Made by a program: the position numbers and the translations under genes. From positions 96,001-160,000 of the forward strand of contig JBBRLQ010000012.1 of the NCBI GenBank assembly GCA_038231275.1: a stretch of DNA of 64,000 nucleotides, read 5' to 3'. This stretch comes from Polyangiales bacterium. GTDB taxonomy: Bacteria > Myxococcota_A > Polyangia > Polyangiales > Polyangiaceae. Shown piece by piece: positions 20,036 through 29,984 of the stretch (its first letter is position 1; every line of letters starts with the position of its first letter). The notes under the pieces were generated by a model. The model was not told the origin of the DNA and did no database searches. It saw nothing but the letters and a program-made list of their open reading frames with translations.

Positions 20036-21844
20036 TCAGGGTTCGTTGTGGAAGACGAGCTGGACGTTCGCCGTCGCGCCCACCGGATCCGAAAGCGCAG
20101 CCTGTGGCACCGACGTGTGCAGCAGATTTTGCTGGAGGCACCGCGCCATGTCCGGCAAGAACTGCACGTTCGTCACCACGGCCGCCCGCGCGTGCCCCTC
20201 CGAGTCGAACGAGAAATCGACGACGCCGATGCCGGTCGCGTGCGACTGCGCCGCAATCAACGACGCGCGGTAGCACGCGCCGAGCCCGAGGCGCAGCGAC
20301 GCGACCGCCTGGCGCACGTCGCGATCGCGCACCTTTTCGCCCGACACCATACCGATCTCGATCCATGTCCTCCCCGGTATGTAGGGCCCGCCCGACGCTG
20401 TCGCCGAAGGAGGCGGCGGATCGGGATTCGGATTCGGGGTCGGCGTCGTCGCGCTCGGCGGCGGAGGCGGCGGCGGGAGAACGCCCGGCGACGTGCTCGC
20501 GGCCGAGCGCGCCACGGTGGGAACGACGGCGACGGGGCTCCTCCGCGGCAAAGGCCGCTTTCCACCATCAGCCTCCGGAAGCGTGAGGGGCGAGAGCGGA
20601 TCCTCCGGCGCCTCCGGGTGCAAGATCGCGATCGGGGGACCATCGGCGGACGCGCTCGTCGCGGGACCTGCACCGCCGCGCGGCGGGCCCACCGCGTAGA
20701 ACGCGCCTGCGGCCATGCCACAGATGAGGAGGAGCGCGGCGGCATACCGCCATCGCGGCGTCGTGGGGAGGACGAGCTCGGCCTCGGTCTCGGCGTGCCC
20801 GATCTCGTGCGACCCCGGCACCGAGCGCGCGGATCTCGCGTCGCCGGTGGCGAGCCCAGCGACCGTGCTCGCGGCGACCATCTGCGGCCGCGAGACGGCC
20901 GCCTGCGTCTGCGGACCCGACACCGGCAATACGCTTGCGCTCCCGTCGAGCGCTGCCCGAAGCGCGGCGCGCATCTCCCGCGCCGTCGCGTACCGCTCGT
21001 CGCGCGGCTTGCTCATCGCCTTGAGCGCGACGGCCACGAGGCGCGGGTCCGCGGCCGGGTTCAAGGTGAACGGATCGGGCGGCGGATCGGTGATGTGCTT
21101 GAGGATGACGCCGATCGCGCTCTCCGCCTCGAACGGCACGCGTCCGGTGAGGAGCTGGAAGAGGATGACGCCGACGGAGTACACGTCGCTCCGCGCGTCG
21201 AGCGGATCTCCCCTCCCCTGCTCCGGCGACATGTACTCGGGCGTGCCCACCAGGGTGCCGCTTCGCGTGAGCGGCCCTGTCGTGCCGGGGCCGCCCGCCC
21301 CAGACTGGTACGCGCGCGCGTCGCTGATCTTCGCGATCCCGAAATCGCACACCTTCACGACGTCGATCGCGGCGCCCTCGTCGTCGGTCGTCGACGTGAC
21401 GAGCACGTTCTCGGGCTTCATGTCGCGATGCACGACGCCGGCGTCGTGCGCCACCGCGAGCGCGCCGAGCGTCGGCACGAGCAAGCCGACGATGCGCGTC
21501 GGCGACAGGGGCCACTCCTCGACGAGCAAGCGCAGGAGGCTGCGCCCGTCGACGAACTCCATCGCGATGAAGAGGAGACCGCCGTCCTCCTCGCCGAAGT
21601 CGATGATGCGGATCGAGTTCGGGTGATCGAGCTTCGACGCCGCCTTGGCCTCACGCTTGAAGCGCGCCGCGAACGTCGACTCCGCGGCGAGATCGGGGTG
21701 CAAGAGCTTGATGGCGACGATCTTGTCGAGCGACGTTTGACGCGCCTTGTAGACGCAGCCCATCGCCCCCTTCCCGAGGACCTCCAAGAGGGCGAACTTG
21801 CCGGCGATCGTTCGACCGACCAGGCTCTCGTCCGCCTCTCTCAT
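20036..21844 (-). CDS. Membrane Ser/Thr protein kinase with C-terminal AgmX/PglI (TonB-C-like) domain
   Basis: LGKGAMG, VAIK, HRDMKPEN, DFG, YMSPE; TM helix; Pro linker; ACYRASL...CL domain. Confidence 0.93.
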   Translation of the reverse strand: MREADESLVGRTIAGKFALLEVLGKGAMGCVYKARQTSLDKIVAIKLLHPDLAAESTFAARFKREAKAASKLDHPNSIRIIDFGEEDGGLLFIAMEFVDGRSLLRLLVEEWPLSPTRIVGLLVPTLGALAVAHDAGVVHRDMKPENVLVTSTTDDEGAAIDVVKVCDFGIAKISDARAYQSGAGGPGTTGPLTRSGTLVGTPEYMSPEQGRGDPLDARSDVYSVGVILFQLLTGRVPFEAESAIGVILKHITDPPPDPFTLNPAADPRLVAVALKAMSKPRDERYATAREMRAALRAALDGSASVLPVSGPQTQAAVSRPQMVAASTVAGLATGDARSARSVPGSHEIGHAETEAELVLPTTPRWRYAAALLLICGMAAGAFYAVGPPRGGAGPATSASADGPPIAILHPEAPEDPLSPLTLPEADGGKRPLPRRSPVAVVPTVARSAASTSPGVLPPPPPPPSATTPTPNPNPDPPPPSATASGGPYIPGRTWIEIGMVSGEKVRDRDVRQAVASLRLGLGACYRASLIAAQSHATGIGVVDFSFDSEGHARAAVVTNVQFLPDMARCLQQNLLHTSVPQAALSDPVGATANVQLVFHNEP

Positions 21845-21940
21845 TTCAGGAGTCTACCTTCTGGCTCGGCGAGCCTCCAGGCCGTTTCGGAAGATGAATG
21901 ATCGGCGGCATGAATGCACCGGACCGATACGGACGAGCCA

Positions 21941-22723
21941 TCACGCGAGCAGCCGCCAGCGCGGCGTTGGCGCGCGGTCGATGCGCAGGAGCGAGCGTTC
22001 GCCGACCTCCTGCCACGGCTCGTCGGTCATCCGCTCGCTCGCGATGAAGACGGCGTGGCGACGCTGGGACCACGGCGTCTCGACGATGGCCCCGACCTCG
22101 CTCGTTCGGCGTACACGGACGACGTCGTGCGGCGCGCGCTCGAGGAGGAAGAGCGTGCGCCCGAAGCGGTGCGCGTAGAGGATCGCGCCGTCCGAGAGGA
22201 GGAAGTTGAACGAGCCGAAGTCGCCGCGATTGCGCGCCTCTCGCGCGGCGGCGGCGAGCGCTTTGTCACGGCCGTCGGGGGACGCGGCGTCGAGCGCGGT
22301 GAGGAGGTAGGCGAAGAACAGCTCGCTGTCGGTCTGCCCGCGGATCTCGCTCGCCCGGTGCGCGCTCGTCTGATCGCGCAGCCAGGCGAGGTCCTTGATG
22401 GTGCCGTTGTGCGCGAAGATCCAGCGCCCGCGCTGGAAGGGGTGCGTGTTGTCGAGCGAGGTCTCGCCTACGGTGCGCTTGCGGATGTGCGCGACGAGCA
22501 TCTCCCCGCGCGCGCCGAGCGCGAGATCGTGGAAGACGGCTGCATCGCTGGCCCGCTCGACGCCTTTGTTCACGTGCCACTCCCGCGCCTCCTCGTCGTG
22601 GATCGCGAGGCCCCACCCGTCCGACTGCTCCTGCGAGAGCGTCGCGAAGCTGCGCGGCGACTCCTTCAGGATCATGCGGAACTCGGTGGGCTCCGAGGAC
22701 ACGATTCCGAGCAAGCGACACAT
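21941..22723 (-). CDS. Class II glutamine amidotransferase (YafJ/EgtC-like Ntn hydrolase)
   Basis: MCRLLG (Cys2), DGWG, AHIR, NTHPF, HNG, TDSE. Confidence 0.92.
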   Translation of the reverse strand: MCRLLGIVSSEPTEFRMILKESPRSFATLSQEQSDGWGLAIHDEEAREWHVNKGVERASDAAVFHDLALGARGEMLVAHIRKRTVGETSLDNTHPFQRGRWIFAHNGTIKDLAWLRDQTSAHRASEIRGQTDSELFFAYLLTALDAASPDGRDKALAAAAREARNRGDFGSFNFLLSDGAILYAHRFGRTLFLLERAPHDVVRVRRTSEVGAIVETPWSQRRHAVFIASERMTDEPWQEVGERSLLRIDRAPTPRWRLLA

Positions 22724-22747
22724 GGCGGCGAGTGAAATCTAGCGCCG

Positions 22748-23749
22748 TCAGGGCAGGAGGACGAGCTTTCCGATCGTTTCTCCCGACTCGAGGGCGCGGT
22801 GCGCCTCTTTCACGCGATCGAGCGGGAAGGTCGTCACCTTCGGAGGCGCGACCTTGCCGTCGTTGGCGAGGCCGAGGAGCGTGCCCATCGCGCTCTTCAA
22901 GATGTCCGCGTGCTCGAACAGGTACGATAGGTTGAAGGCCATGACGCTCTTGTTGTCGTTGGTCATCGCGAGCGGATCGAAGCGCGGCGTGCGCGCCCAG
23001 TCGAGCGCGAGCTTCGGCCAGCTCGGCGTCCCGCGACCCCGCGACATCATCGTATGGAAGCCGTAGATGACGAGACGCCCGGTCGGGGCGAGGTGGTCGT
23101 AGCTCGCGCGCAATGTCTCCACGCCGTTGGCGTCGAGCACGATGTCGTAGCCGTCCGCGGACGCTCGCTCCGCTTCGCGCCAGAGATCCTGCGCGCGCTT
23201 GTCGATGACGACGTCCGCGCCGAGCGCCTTCACGTGCGCGACCTTGTGCGCGCCGCCGACGACGCCGACGACACGACACCCGGCGAGCTTGCCGAGGACG
23301 ACGAGCGCCGATCCGACGCCGCCGCCCGCCGAGTGAACGAGCACGCGCGTCCCTTCGCGCGCGCGGCACAGCTCGTGGAGAGCGTAGTGCGCCGTCAGAT
23401 GCACGCTGGGAAACGCGGCGGCCTCCGCCATCGACCAGCCGTTCGGGATTTCGAAGACCTGGTGCTCCGGCACGACGACGTGCGACGCGTACCCGCCGAA
23501 GCGCGTGACGGCGACGACCTTCCTCCCGTCCTCCGTCGTCCCGGCGACCTCGAAGCCCGGCGTGATCGGCCAGCCGACGTACTTCTTCGCCGACTCGTAG
23601 AGGCCCATGCGCACGATGCAATCGGCGAAGTTCACGCCGATCGCCTCCGCGCGCACGAGCACCTCGCCCGACTTCGCAGAAGGGTCTGGCTCATCGACCA
23701 CGCGCAACCGCTCGTAACCCCCAGCCCTCGCGATCGAGACGCGTTTCAT
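22748..23749 (-). CDS. MDR-family NADPH:quinone oxidoreductase (VAT-1-like)
   Basis: GVNFAD, PGFEVAG, HSAGGGVG, GKLVL; start at MKRVSI. Confidence 0.9.
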   Translation of the reverse strand: MKRVSIARAGGYERLRVVDEPDPSAKSGEVLVRAEAIGVNFADCIVRMGLYESAKKYVGWPITPGFEVAGTTEDGRKVVAVTRFGGYASHVVVPEHQVFEIPNGWSMAEAAAFPSVHLTAHYALHELCRAREGTRVLVHSAGGGVGSALVVLGKLAGCRVVGVVGGAHKVAHVKALGADVVIDKRAQDLWREAERASADGYDIVLDANGVETLRASYDHLAPTGRLVIYGFHTMMSRGRGTPSWPKLALDWARTPRFDPLAMTNDNKSVMAFNLSYLFEHADILKSAMGTLLGLANDGKVAPPKVTTFPLDRVKEAHRALESGETIGKLVLLP

Positions 23750-23871
23750 GGGCTCCTTCTTCCCTGATTTATCGAAAAAAGGCGCGTCCAAAATGCGACA
23801 TCAAATCGGTTGGCACGGCCTACTCAAGGCCAATTTCCGCCCTTAGCTTTGATGTTGATGAGGGAGGTTGG

Positions 23872-24645
23872 TTGCCACTCACAAGGTTCTTGGTTGCCTG
23901 GGCCAATGCGCCCTACACCGTAGCTCTCGGGATTGTCGGCCTCTTTGCGCTGCTTTCAGCAAGCGGACTTTTGGGCCTCCTCGCGGGGGGCGAGCACGGT
24001 GGTGGTGACGATGGTGACGGAGCCGACGTAGACGGTCACGACGTCGAGGGTCACGAAGCGGACCCCGACGGCGACCACGGCGAAGGCGACGATCACGACG
24101 CGGATCAAAATGACGACGCTGACCGAGGCGGTCTCCTGAGCTTGGTGCTCGGACCGCTCGGCATCGGCAAGCTTCCGTTCTCGCTCGTGTGGCAAGTGTA
24201 CGGCGCGGTCTTCGCGCTGACCGGCCTCGGGCTCAATGCAAAGTACATCGATCTCGGTCACGCACCTCCCGTGGGGAGCCTGGCGTGGACGATGCCCCTC
24301 GCGCTCGGTGCGGGGTACGCGGTGGTCGCCGCTCTCGCACGGGTCCTCGGCCCGGCGCTCGCGAGCAAGGAGTCCGAGGCGACGAGCCGAGAAGAGCTCG
24401 TCGGCCGCGTCGGCACGGTCATCTCTACGAAGGTCGACTCCGACTTCGGAGAGGTGCGCCTGCGCGACAAGACAGGCCACGACCTTCGCGTCGTGTGCCG
24501 CCTCGCGGACGGCCACGCGCCGGCCCGAGAGAAGCAAGAGATCGTCGTGGTCGAGCACGATCGCGACACCGGCACGCTCTACGTGGCGCTGCTGGACGAA
24601 GGATTGGAAGAAGAAGATCGAAAGGAACGAGAGGAAGGTCGATAG
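23872..24645 (+). CDS. YqiJ/NfeD-like membrane protein
   Basis: TTG start with GGGAGG RBS; NAPY-TM, His/Asp-rich loop, GKLP, C-terminal OB fold (LVGRVGTV...GEVRL). Confidence 0.85.
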   Translation: MPLTRFLVAWANAPYTVALGIVGLFALLSASGLLGLLAGGEHGGGDDGDGADVDGHDVEGHEADPDGDHGEGDDHDADQNDDADRGGLLSLVLGPLGIGKLPFSLVWQVYGAVFALTGLGLNAKYIDLGHAPPVGSLAWTMPLALGAGYAVVAALARVLGPALASKESEATSREELVGRVGTVISTKVDSDFGEVRLRDKTGHDLRVVCRLADGHAPAREKQEIVVVEHDRDTGTLYVALLDEGLEEEDRKEREEGR

Positions 24646-24648
24646 AGA

Positions 24649-26520
24649 ATGTTCGAGGTCGATTCGCAGATGATGGTGGTGGGTGGGAGCATCTTGGGCA
24701 CGCTGTTCACGGGCGTCACGACGGTGACCGTGGTCAGCCGCTTCTACCGGCGCTGCGGCGCCGACGAGGCGCTCGTGAGGACGGGCGCCGGCGGGAACAA
24801 GGTGGTCATCGGAGGCGGTATACTCGTCTATCCGATCTTGCATCAGCTGCTGCGCGTGTCACTCCGCAGCGTGAAGCTCTCGGTCGAACGGAGCGGCAAG
24901 AACGCGCTCGTGACGTCCGACAAGATCAAGGCCAACGTGACGACCGAGCTCTACATCAAGGTGGAGCCGATCGCGGAGGACGTCCTCGCCGCGGCGCGCA
25001 GCTTCGGCGAGCGAAACCTGGACGAGCACGCCATCGGCGATCTCATCGAGGGCAAGCTCACCGACGCGCTCCGTAGCGTCGCCGCGAACCAGACGTTCAT
25101 GAGCCTGCACGGCAAGCGAAAGGAGTTCGCCGAGCACATCCAAGCGGCCCTCGCCGAGGAGCTGAAGAAGAACGGCCTCACGCTCGAGAACGTCTCCATC
25201 ACCGCGCTCGCGATGGTGCCGGTGAAGGATCTCGACGAGCACGACGTCTTCGACGCCGAAGGCCTGCGCGCCATCACCGAGAGCGTGCAGACGAACCGCG
25301 AGAAGACCAACCAGATCCAGCGCGACAAGGACAACCAGATCCACGCCGCCAACGTCGCCGCGCGCATGCGGCAGCTGGAGCTCGAACAGAACCAGAAGCA
25401 GGCCGAGGCCGATCAGGGCCGGCGCGTCGCCGAGTATGCTGCCACACAGCAAGCCGAGACGGCGAAGGCGGTCTACATCCAGGAGCAGTCGCGCGAGATC
25501 GCGGCGTACGAGAAGCAGCGCGAGGTCGAGCGCGGGCGCATCGAGCAGGAGCAAGCGATCGCCGTCGCGATGGCCGGCAAGCAGCGCGCCGAGCGTGAGG
25601 CGAACATCGCCGCCGAGAAGGGGCAGCAGGCCGCCGAGATCGAGAAGCAGCGGGTCATCGAGGCCGCGATGATCGAGAAGGACACGGTCGTGCAGGGCAA
25701 GGAGATCGAGCGGCAAAAGGCGCTCGAGGTGGCGAGCATCGAGAAGGTGATCGCCGTCACGCGCAGCGAAGAGGAGAAGGCGCGCGCGTCGGCGCTGAAG
25801 GCGCTGGCCCTCGCCGAAGAGGAGCGCGCAAACCAGGCGATCCTGACCGTCGAAGAGACGGCGATGGCCGAGCGCGCGAAGCTGATCGCGGTCATCCGCG
25901 CCGAGGCGGAGGCCGAGGTGAAGCGGGCGATGGGCGCCGGCGAGGCGGCAAAGGCGACGGGCCTCGCGGAGGCGGCGCTCGCGAAGGTTCGCGGCGAGGC
26001 GAAGGCGCGGCTCGAGACCGCCGAAAAGGAGGCCGAAGCGCTCGAGCGCCTCGCGCAAGCGACGGTGGTGCGCGGCACGGCGGAGGCCGAGGCGCGTCGG
26101 CAGATGGTCGAGGCGGAGAACGCGGTGGCGATGAAGTTCATCCTCCGCGACGTCGCGCTGAAGGCCATCGAGACGATGCCGGATCTGGCGCGCGAGCTGA
26201 TGGAGCCCGCGAAGGCCATCACCGAGATCAAGGTTCTCCAGACGGGCGGGATGGGCGGCGGCGCGGCGGGCGCGCAAATGAGCTCGAACCAGCCGCTCGG
26301 CATGATGAGCCCCATCTTGAAGACCATCCTCGAGGCCGGCGCGGCGTATCCGCTCCTGCGCGAGCTCATGAGCTTCGCGCAGGTCGACGGGAGCAAGCTG
26401 ACCGAGAAGGCGCGCGGCGCGCTCGCCGAGCTCGGCGGGCAGATCGACGGTGTCATGCACGAGGCGAAGGAGCTGCCGCAGCCTGCCGCGAACGACGCGA
26501 CCGACCGCGCGGCGGAGTGA
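24649..26520 (+). CDS. Flotillin-like SPFH protein (YqiK family)
   Basis: FYRR...EALVRTG, SPFH domain, FDAEG, long Ala/Glu coiled coil, ITEIKVLQ. Confidence 0.92.
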   Translation: MFEVDSQMMVVGGSILGTLFTGVTTVTVVSRFYRRCGADEALVRTGAGGNKVVIGGGILVYPILHQLLRVSLRSVKLSVERSGKNALVTSDKIKANVTTELYIKVEPIAEDVLAAARSFGERNLDEHAIGDLIEGKLTDALRSVAANQTFMSLHGKRKEFAEHIQAALAEELKKNGLTLENVSITALAMVPVKDLDEHDVFDAEGLRAITESVQTNREKTNQIQRDKDNQIHAANVAARMRQLELEQNQKQAEADQGRRVAEYAATQQAETAKAVYIQEQSREIAAYEKQREVERGRIEQEQAIAVAMAGKQRAEREANIAAEKGQQAAEIEKQRVIEAAMIEKDTVVQGKEIERQKALEVASIEKVIAVTRSEEEKARASALKALALAEEERANQAILTVEETAMAERAKLIAVIRAEAEAEVKRAMGAGEAAKATGLAEAALAKVRGEAKARLETAEKEAEALERLAQATVVRGTAEAEARRQMVEAENAVAMKFILRDVALKAIETMPDLARELMEPAKAITEIKVLQTGGMGGGAAGAQMSSNQPLGMMSPILKTILEAGAAYPLLRELMSFAQVDGSKLTEKARGALAELGGQIDGVMHEAKELPQPAANDATDRAAE

Positions 26521-26523
26521 GCC

Positions 26524-26958
26524 ATGGAGGCGGCGATGAAGCCGGTGACAGGGGCCGCGACGGGGCTGGATGGTCTGAAGCAGCGCATCCGCGACGCCGC
26601 GGGCCGTGATCCGATGGAGAGCATCGCGGTCACGGTCCTCGGCGGCGCCCTCCTCTTCTTCTACGCGGAGAAGGGGCACAACCCGAAGGTCAGGACGTAC
26701 TTCGATGCGCTCGTGTACGTCTCGACGTGCGTGTCAGTGGGCTACGCGGACATCTTCCCGCAGACGAAGACGGGAAAAGCGATCGCGTCGGCGCTGATGA
26801 CGTTCGGTCCGGCGATCGCCGCCTCGGCGCTCGAGCCGCCTGTCGGCCAGGAGCGCGCAGAGCCGGCGGATCCGAAGCTCCTCGAGGTGCAGTGTCTCAT
26901 CGTCGACAAGCTCGACGCGATCCTCGGCGAGCTGAAGGCGACGAAGAGCGCGGCCTGA
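26524..26958 (+). CDS. Minimal 2-TM potassium channel family protein
   Basis: TM1, AEKGHNPKV, YFDALVY pore helix, SVGYAD filter, PQTKTGK, TM2. Confidence 0.85.
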   Translation: MEAAMKPVTGAATGLDGLKQRIRDAAGRDPMESIAVTVLGGALLFFYAEKGHNPKVRTYFDALVYVSTCVSVGYADIFPQTKTGKAIASALMTFGPAIAASALEPPVGQERAEPADPKLLEVQCLIVDKLDAILGELKATKSAA

Positions 26959-26961
26959 GCG

Positions 26962-27384
26962 TCAGGTGCCTTCGCAGAAGCGTCCGCTGCCCGCGGGGCC
27001 GCCGTCGAGGAGGAACGGGTACTCCATCGCCGAGCAGCGCTCCCCCTTCGCGCAGTCCGACGCGCTGAAGCACTTCTTCCTGCAGAAGTCGCCCTCCAGG
27101 TAGAAGTGCGTCTGTCCGGTGGGGCATTTGTATTTCGGATCGTAGCGGCGCGGCTCCGCCACATCGCGCCCCGCGTCCATCGGCGCGGGCGTCGTCGACG
27201 GAGCTGCGTCCACGATCGGCGACGTCGTCGTCGTGACGGGCGCAAGCGTTGGCGGCGCGGCGTCGGTGGCGGAGGTCTGCGGCTTGTCGGGGCACCCCGC
27301 GGCGCCGAGCGCCAAGAAGGGCGCGAGCGCGATGACGACGACGAGACGGGCGCGAGCAACCTGCGTTCGAAGCGGCGACGTCAT
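26962..27384 (-). CDS. Small lipoprotein with Cys-rich C-terminal domain
   Basis: AAGC lipobox; Pro/Thr linker; six C-terminal Cys. Confidence 0.75.
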   Translation of the reverse strand: MTSPLRTQVARARLVVVIALAPFLALGAAGCPDKPQTSATDAAPPTLAPVTTTTSPIVDAAPSTTPAPMDAGRDVAEPRRYDPKYKCPTGQTHFYLEGDFCRKKCFSASDCAKGERCSAMEYPFLLDGGPAGSGRFCEGT

Positions 27385-27497
27385 GGCGTGCGCAGCATAG
27401 ACCTGGGCAGGCGCGACGGCGTGCTAGCGGATCGCCGATCAGCCACCTCGCGTGGGCGATCCCCCGTCGGGGCCCGGGAAAACAAGCCCAACCCATT

Positions 27498-27535
27498 GAT
27501 GTGTGGACATGTGCGACATTGGCACCATTTTCGCA
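27498..27535 (+). promoter_or_regulatory. Sigma54 promoter with adjacent ATGT/ACAT repeat
   Basis: TGGCACCATTTTCGCA at 27520-27535 (GG-N10-GC), preceded by GATGTGTGGACATGTGCGACAT. Confidence 0.65.
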
Positions 27536-27548
27536 AATACGAACGATC

Positions 27549-28229
27549 ATGCGGTCCTTCGTTCGCCTCGCGCTCCCGTCGCTCCTCCTTCTCGCTCCCC
27601 TCGTCGCGTGCTCAGCGCCTGCCGACTCGAACGCCGAGAGCGGCGCAGCGGCGGTGACCGACTGCGCGAACGTCCGCTCCACGCCGACGCGTTCCGAGCA
27701 GAAGAACACCGCGGGCGATGTCACGAGCACGACCCTCACCGTCGAGGCCGCCGGCTGCATCGCGAGCGACGATCCCGCAAAGCTCGTCGACAAGCTCGTC
27801 GCCCTCGTCGAGGACGATCAGAAGCTGTCGAGCGTCTCGAACGCCACCGGCAAGATCTTCTCGAAGTACTCCCCTCACTCCCCCACCGGCGAGATCGGCG
27901 GACCCACCGGCCTCGTTCGCACCGTGGACGTGACGTTCAACGCGAAGAAGAACCCCTCCACGACGATCAAGGTGTCGCTCAAGAAGAGCTCCACCGGCGA
28001 GGTGTCGTTCGGCCTCACGAACACGAAGGGCGTCGGCGTCCTGGTCTGGACGGCGATCGAGCCCGGCGGCCTCGATGTTCGCCTCACGGTCAAGCCCAGC
28101 GCGGGCGGCGTCACGATCTCCGGAACCACGAAGGTCGTCGTCCAGCCCGGGTACGAAGACAGCGTGAAGGGGATGGACGAGCTCCCGTCGCTCGTCATCC
28201 ACTGGCTCCAGGATCAGGTCAAGGCCTAG
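27549..28229 (+). CDS. Lipoprotein
   Basis: MRSFVRL...LVAC lipobox. Confidence 0.8.
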   Translation: MRSFVRLALPSLLLLAPLVACSAPADSNAESGAAAVTDCANVRSTPTRSEQKNTAGDVTSTTLTVEAAGCIASDDPAKLVDKLVALVEDDQKLSSVSNATGKIFSKYSPHSPTGEIGGPTGLVRTVDVTFNAKKNPSTTIKVSLKKSSTGEVSFGLTNTKGVGVLVWTAIEPGGLDVRLTVKPSAGGVTISGTTKVVVQPGYEDSVKGMDELPSLVIHWLQDQVKA

Positions 28230-29959
28230 GCGGATCGCTTCTTCTTCGTCCAGGCGAGCAGATCCTCGGCGGTGCCTGCGTTGACGACGCGCTCCGGCGG
28301 GATCCACGCGCGCTCGGCATTCAGCGCGGCGTAGCGCACGCGTTCCAGCTCGCTCGCGTGGTGGGCGTCGCTCGTGAGGACGAACGTGAGATCGCGGGGG
28401 CGCGCGCGACGCAGGGCCTCGACCGACATGTCGAGGCGCGGGAGGGCGCCGTTCACTTCGAGCGCGGTGCCCGTGGCCTCGGCCGCGTCGAAGATCGCGT
28501 CGAGATCGAGATCGATCGCGGGGCGCCCGCCGATCATGCGTGCCGAGAGGTGGCCGATCATCCGTACCGTCGGATCGGCCATCGCGGTCGTGACGCGCTT
28601 GGTCTGCGCGGCGCGATCCTGCTCGAAATGGTCGTGCACCGACGCGAGGCAGAAGCCGAAGCCTTTGCGGAACTCGAGATCGTAGTCGAGCTCGCCGTTG
28701 GGCCCGATGTTGAGCTCGACGCCGTGGAGAAGCGTGAGCGTGTCGCCGAGCTGCTTCTGCATCGCGGCGATCTTCGCGCGCTGATCGAGGAGCGCCTCGC
28801 GGCCGACGCCCGAGAGCGTTCCCTCGGCGTGGTCGGTGATCGCGAGGACGCGGTAGCCGAGGGCCTTCGCGGTGGCAACGACGTCCTCGAGCTTCGACCG
28901 GCCATCGCCGGAGACGTCGGTGTGGACGTGGAAATCGCCGATCACCTTGCCCATCGCGCGCGGGAGGGTCCCCTTCTCGGCCGCCTCAATCTCGCCGGCG
29001 TCCTCGCGCAGCACCGGCGGGATGAAGCGGAGGCCGAGGGCCTTGTAGATCTGCTCCTCGGTCTCGCGCGCGACGATCTTGCCGCCTTCGATCTCGGAGA
29101 GGGCATACTCGTTGAGCGTCCAGCCGCGGGCGAGCGCGCGTGTGCGCAGCTTGATGTTGTGTCCCTTGGAGCCCGTGAAGTACAGGCGCGCGGCGCCGAG
29201 CTGCTCCTCCTGGACGACGCGGAGATCGACCTGCGTGCCGCGGTGCGTGACGATGCTGGTCTTGCCGGCGCCGCGCACGAGGACGCGCTCGACGACGCTC
29301 ATCCCGACGAGCGCGTCCATCACCGGCTCCGGCGTCTTCGACGCGACGAGGATGTCGACGTCGCCGATCGTCTCCGCGAACCGACGCAGCGAGCCGCAAT
29401 AGGACGCGTGCGTGACGCCGGGCACCTCTTGCAGCCGCGCGAGAATGCGATTGGCGAGCGGGAGGGCGACGGACACCGGCGTGCGACCGACCGAGCCTTG
29501 CTCGTCGAGCTTCTTCAGCGCGGCGGCGAGCTTCTCTTCGGATTTTTGCCCGAAGCCCTTGAGCGCCTGGACCTTGTGATCGGCGAGCGCCTTCCTCAGA
29601 TCGTCGAGGGACGCGACACCGAGCTCGGCGCGGAGCTTTCCGACCGCCTTGGGCCCCAGGCCCTGGATTTTGAGGAGCGCGACGATGGCGGGCGGGTGCT
29701 TTTGCCGTAGCCCCTCGAGCTTCGCGACCTTGCCGGTGTCGAGGAGCTCGCGGATCTTGTCGGCAGTGCTCTTGCCGATGCCCTCGATTTTCTGCAAATC
29801 CTTCGCGGTGAGCTTGCCCAGATCGGTCGCCTGCGACGCGATCGCCTGCGCGGCGCTCTCGTAGGCGCGCACGCGGAACGACTGCGGGTCCGCCTCGTCG
29901 AGCATCGTGAGCTCAGCCAGGTCGCGAAGCATGTCGAGAACGTCTTGCTTCGAATCCAT
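28226..29959 (-). CDS. polX: DNA polymerase X with C-terminal PHP domain
   Basis: FRVRAY, HhH motifs (GIGK, GLGPK, GFGQK), GSLRR, GDVDIL, VDLR, YFTGS; PHP motifs DFHVHT, TDH, SDAH. Confidence 0.95.
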   Translation of the reverse strand: MDSKQDVLDMLRDLAELTMLDEADPQSFRVRAYESAAQAIASQATDLGKLTAKDLQKIEGIGKSTADKIRELLDTGKVAKLEGLRQKHPPAIVALLKIQGLGPKAVGKLRAELGVASLDDLRKALADHKVQALKGFGQKSEEKLAAALKKLDEQGSVGRTPVSVALPLANRILARLQEVPGVTHASYCGSLRRFAETIGDVDILVASKTPEPVMDALVGMSVVERVLVRGAGKTSIVTHRGTQVDLRVVQEEQLGAARLYFTGSKGHNIKLRTRALARGWTLNEYALSEIEGGKIVARETEEQIYKALGLRFIPPVLREDAGEIEAAEKGTLPRAMGKVIGDFHVHTDVSGDGRSKLEDVVATAKALGYRVLAITDHAEGTLSGVGREALLDQRAKIAAMQKQLGDTLTLLHGVELNIGPNGELDYDLEFRKGFGFCLASVHDHFEQDRAAQTKRVTTAMADPTVRMIGHLSARMIGGRPAIDLDLDAIFDAAEATGTALEVNGALPRLDMSVEALRRARPRDLTFVLTSDAHHASELERVRYAALNAERAWIPPERVVNAGTAEDLLAWTKKKRSA

Positions 29960-29984
29960 GACCCGTGGCTATACCCTTCGGGAC

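Noticed and set aside
21941..22723. Ergothioneine biosynthesis (egtC)
   Set aside because: No egtA, egtB or egtD nearby; only a family-level call is supported.
23810..23826. Sigma54 promoter TGGCACGGCCTACTC upstream of the NfeD-like gene
   Set aside because: Good -24 element, but the conserved -12 GC is missing.
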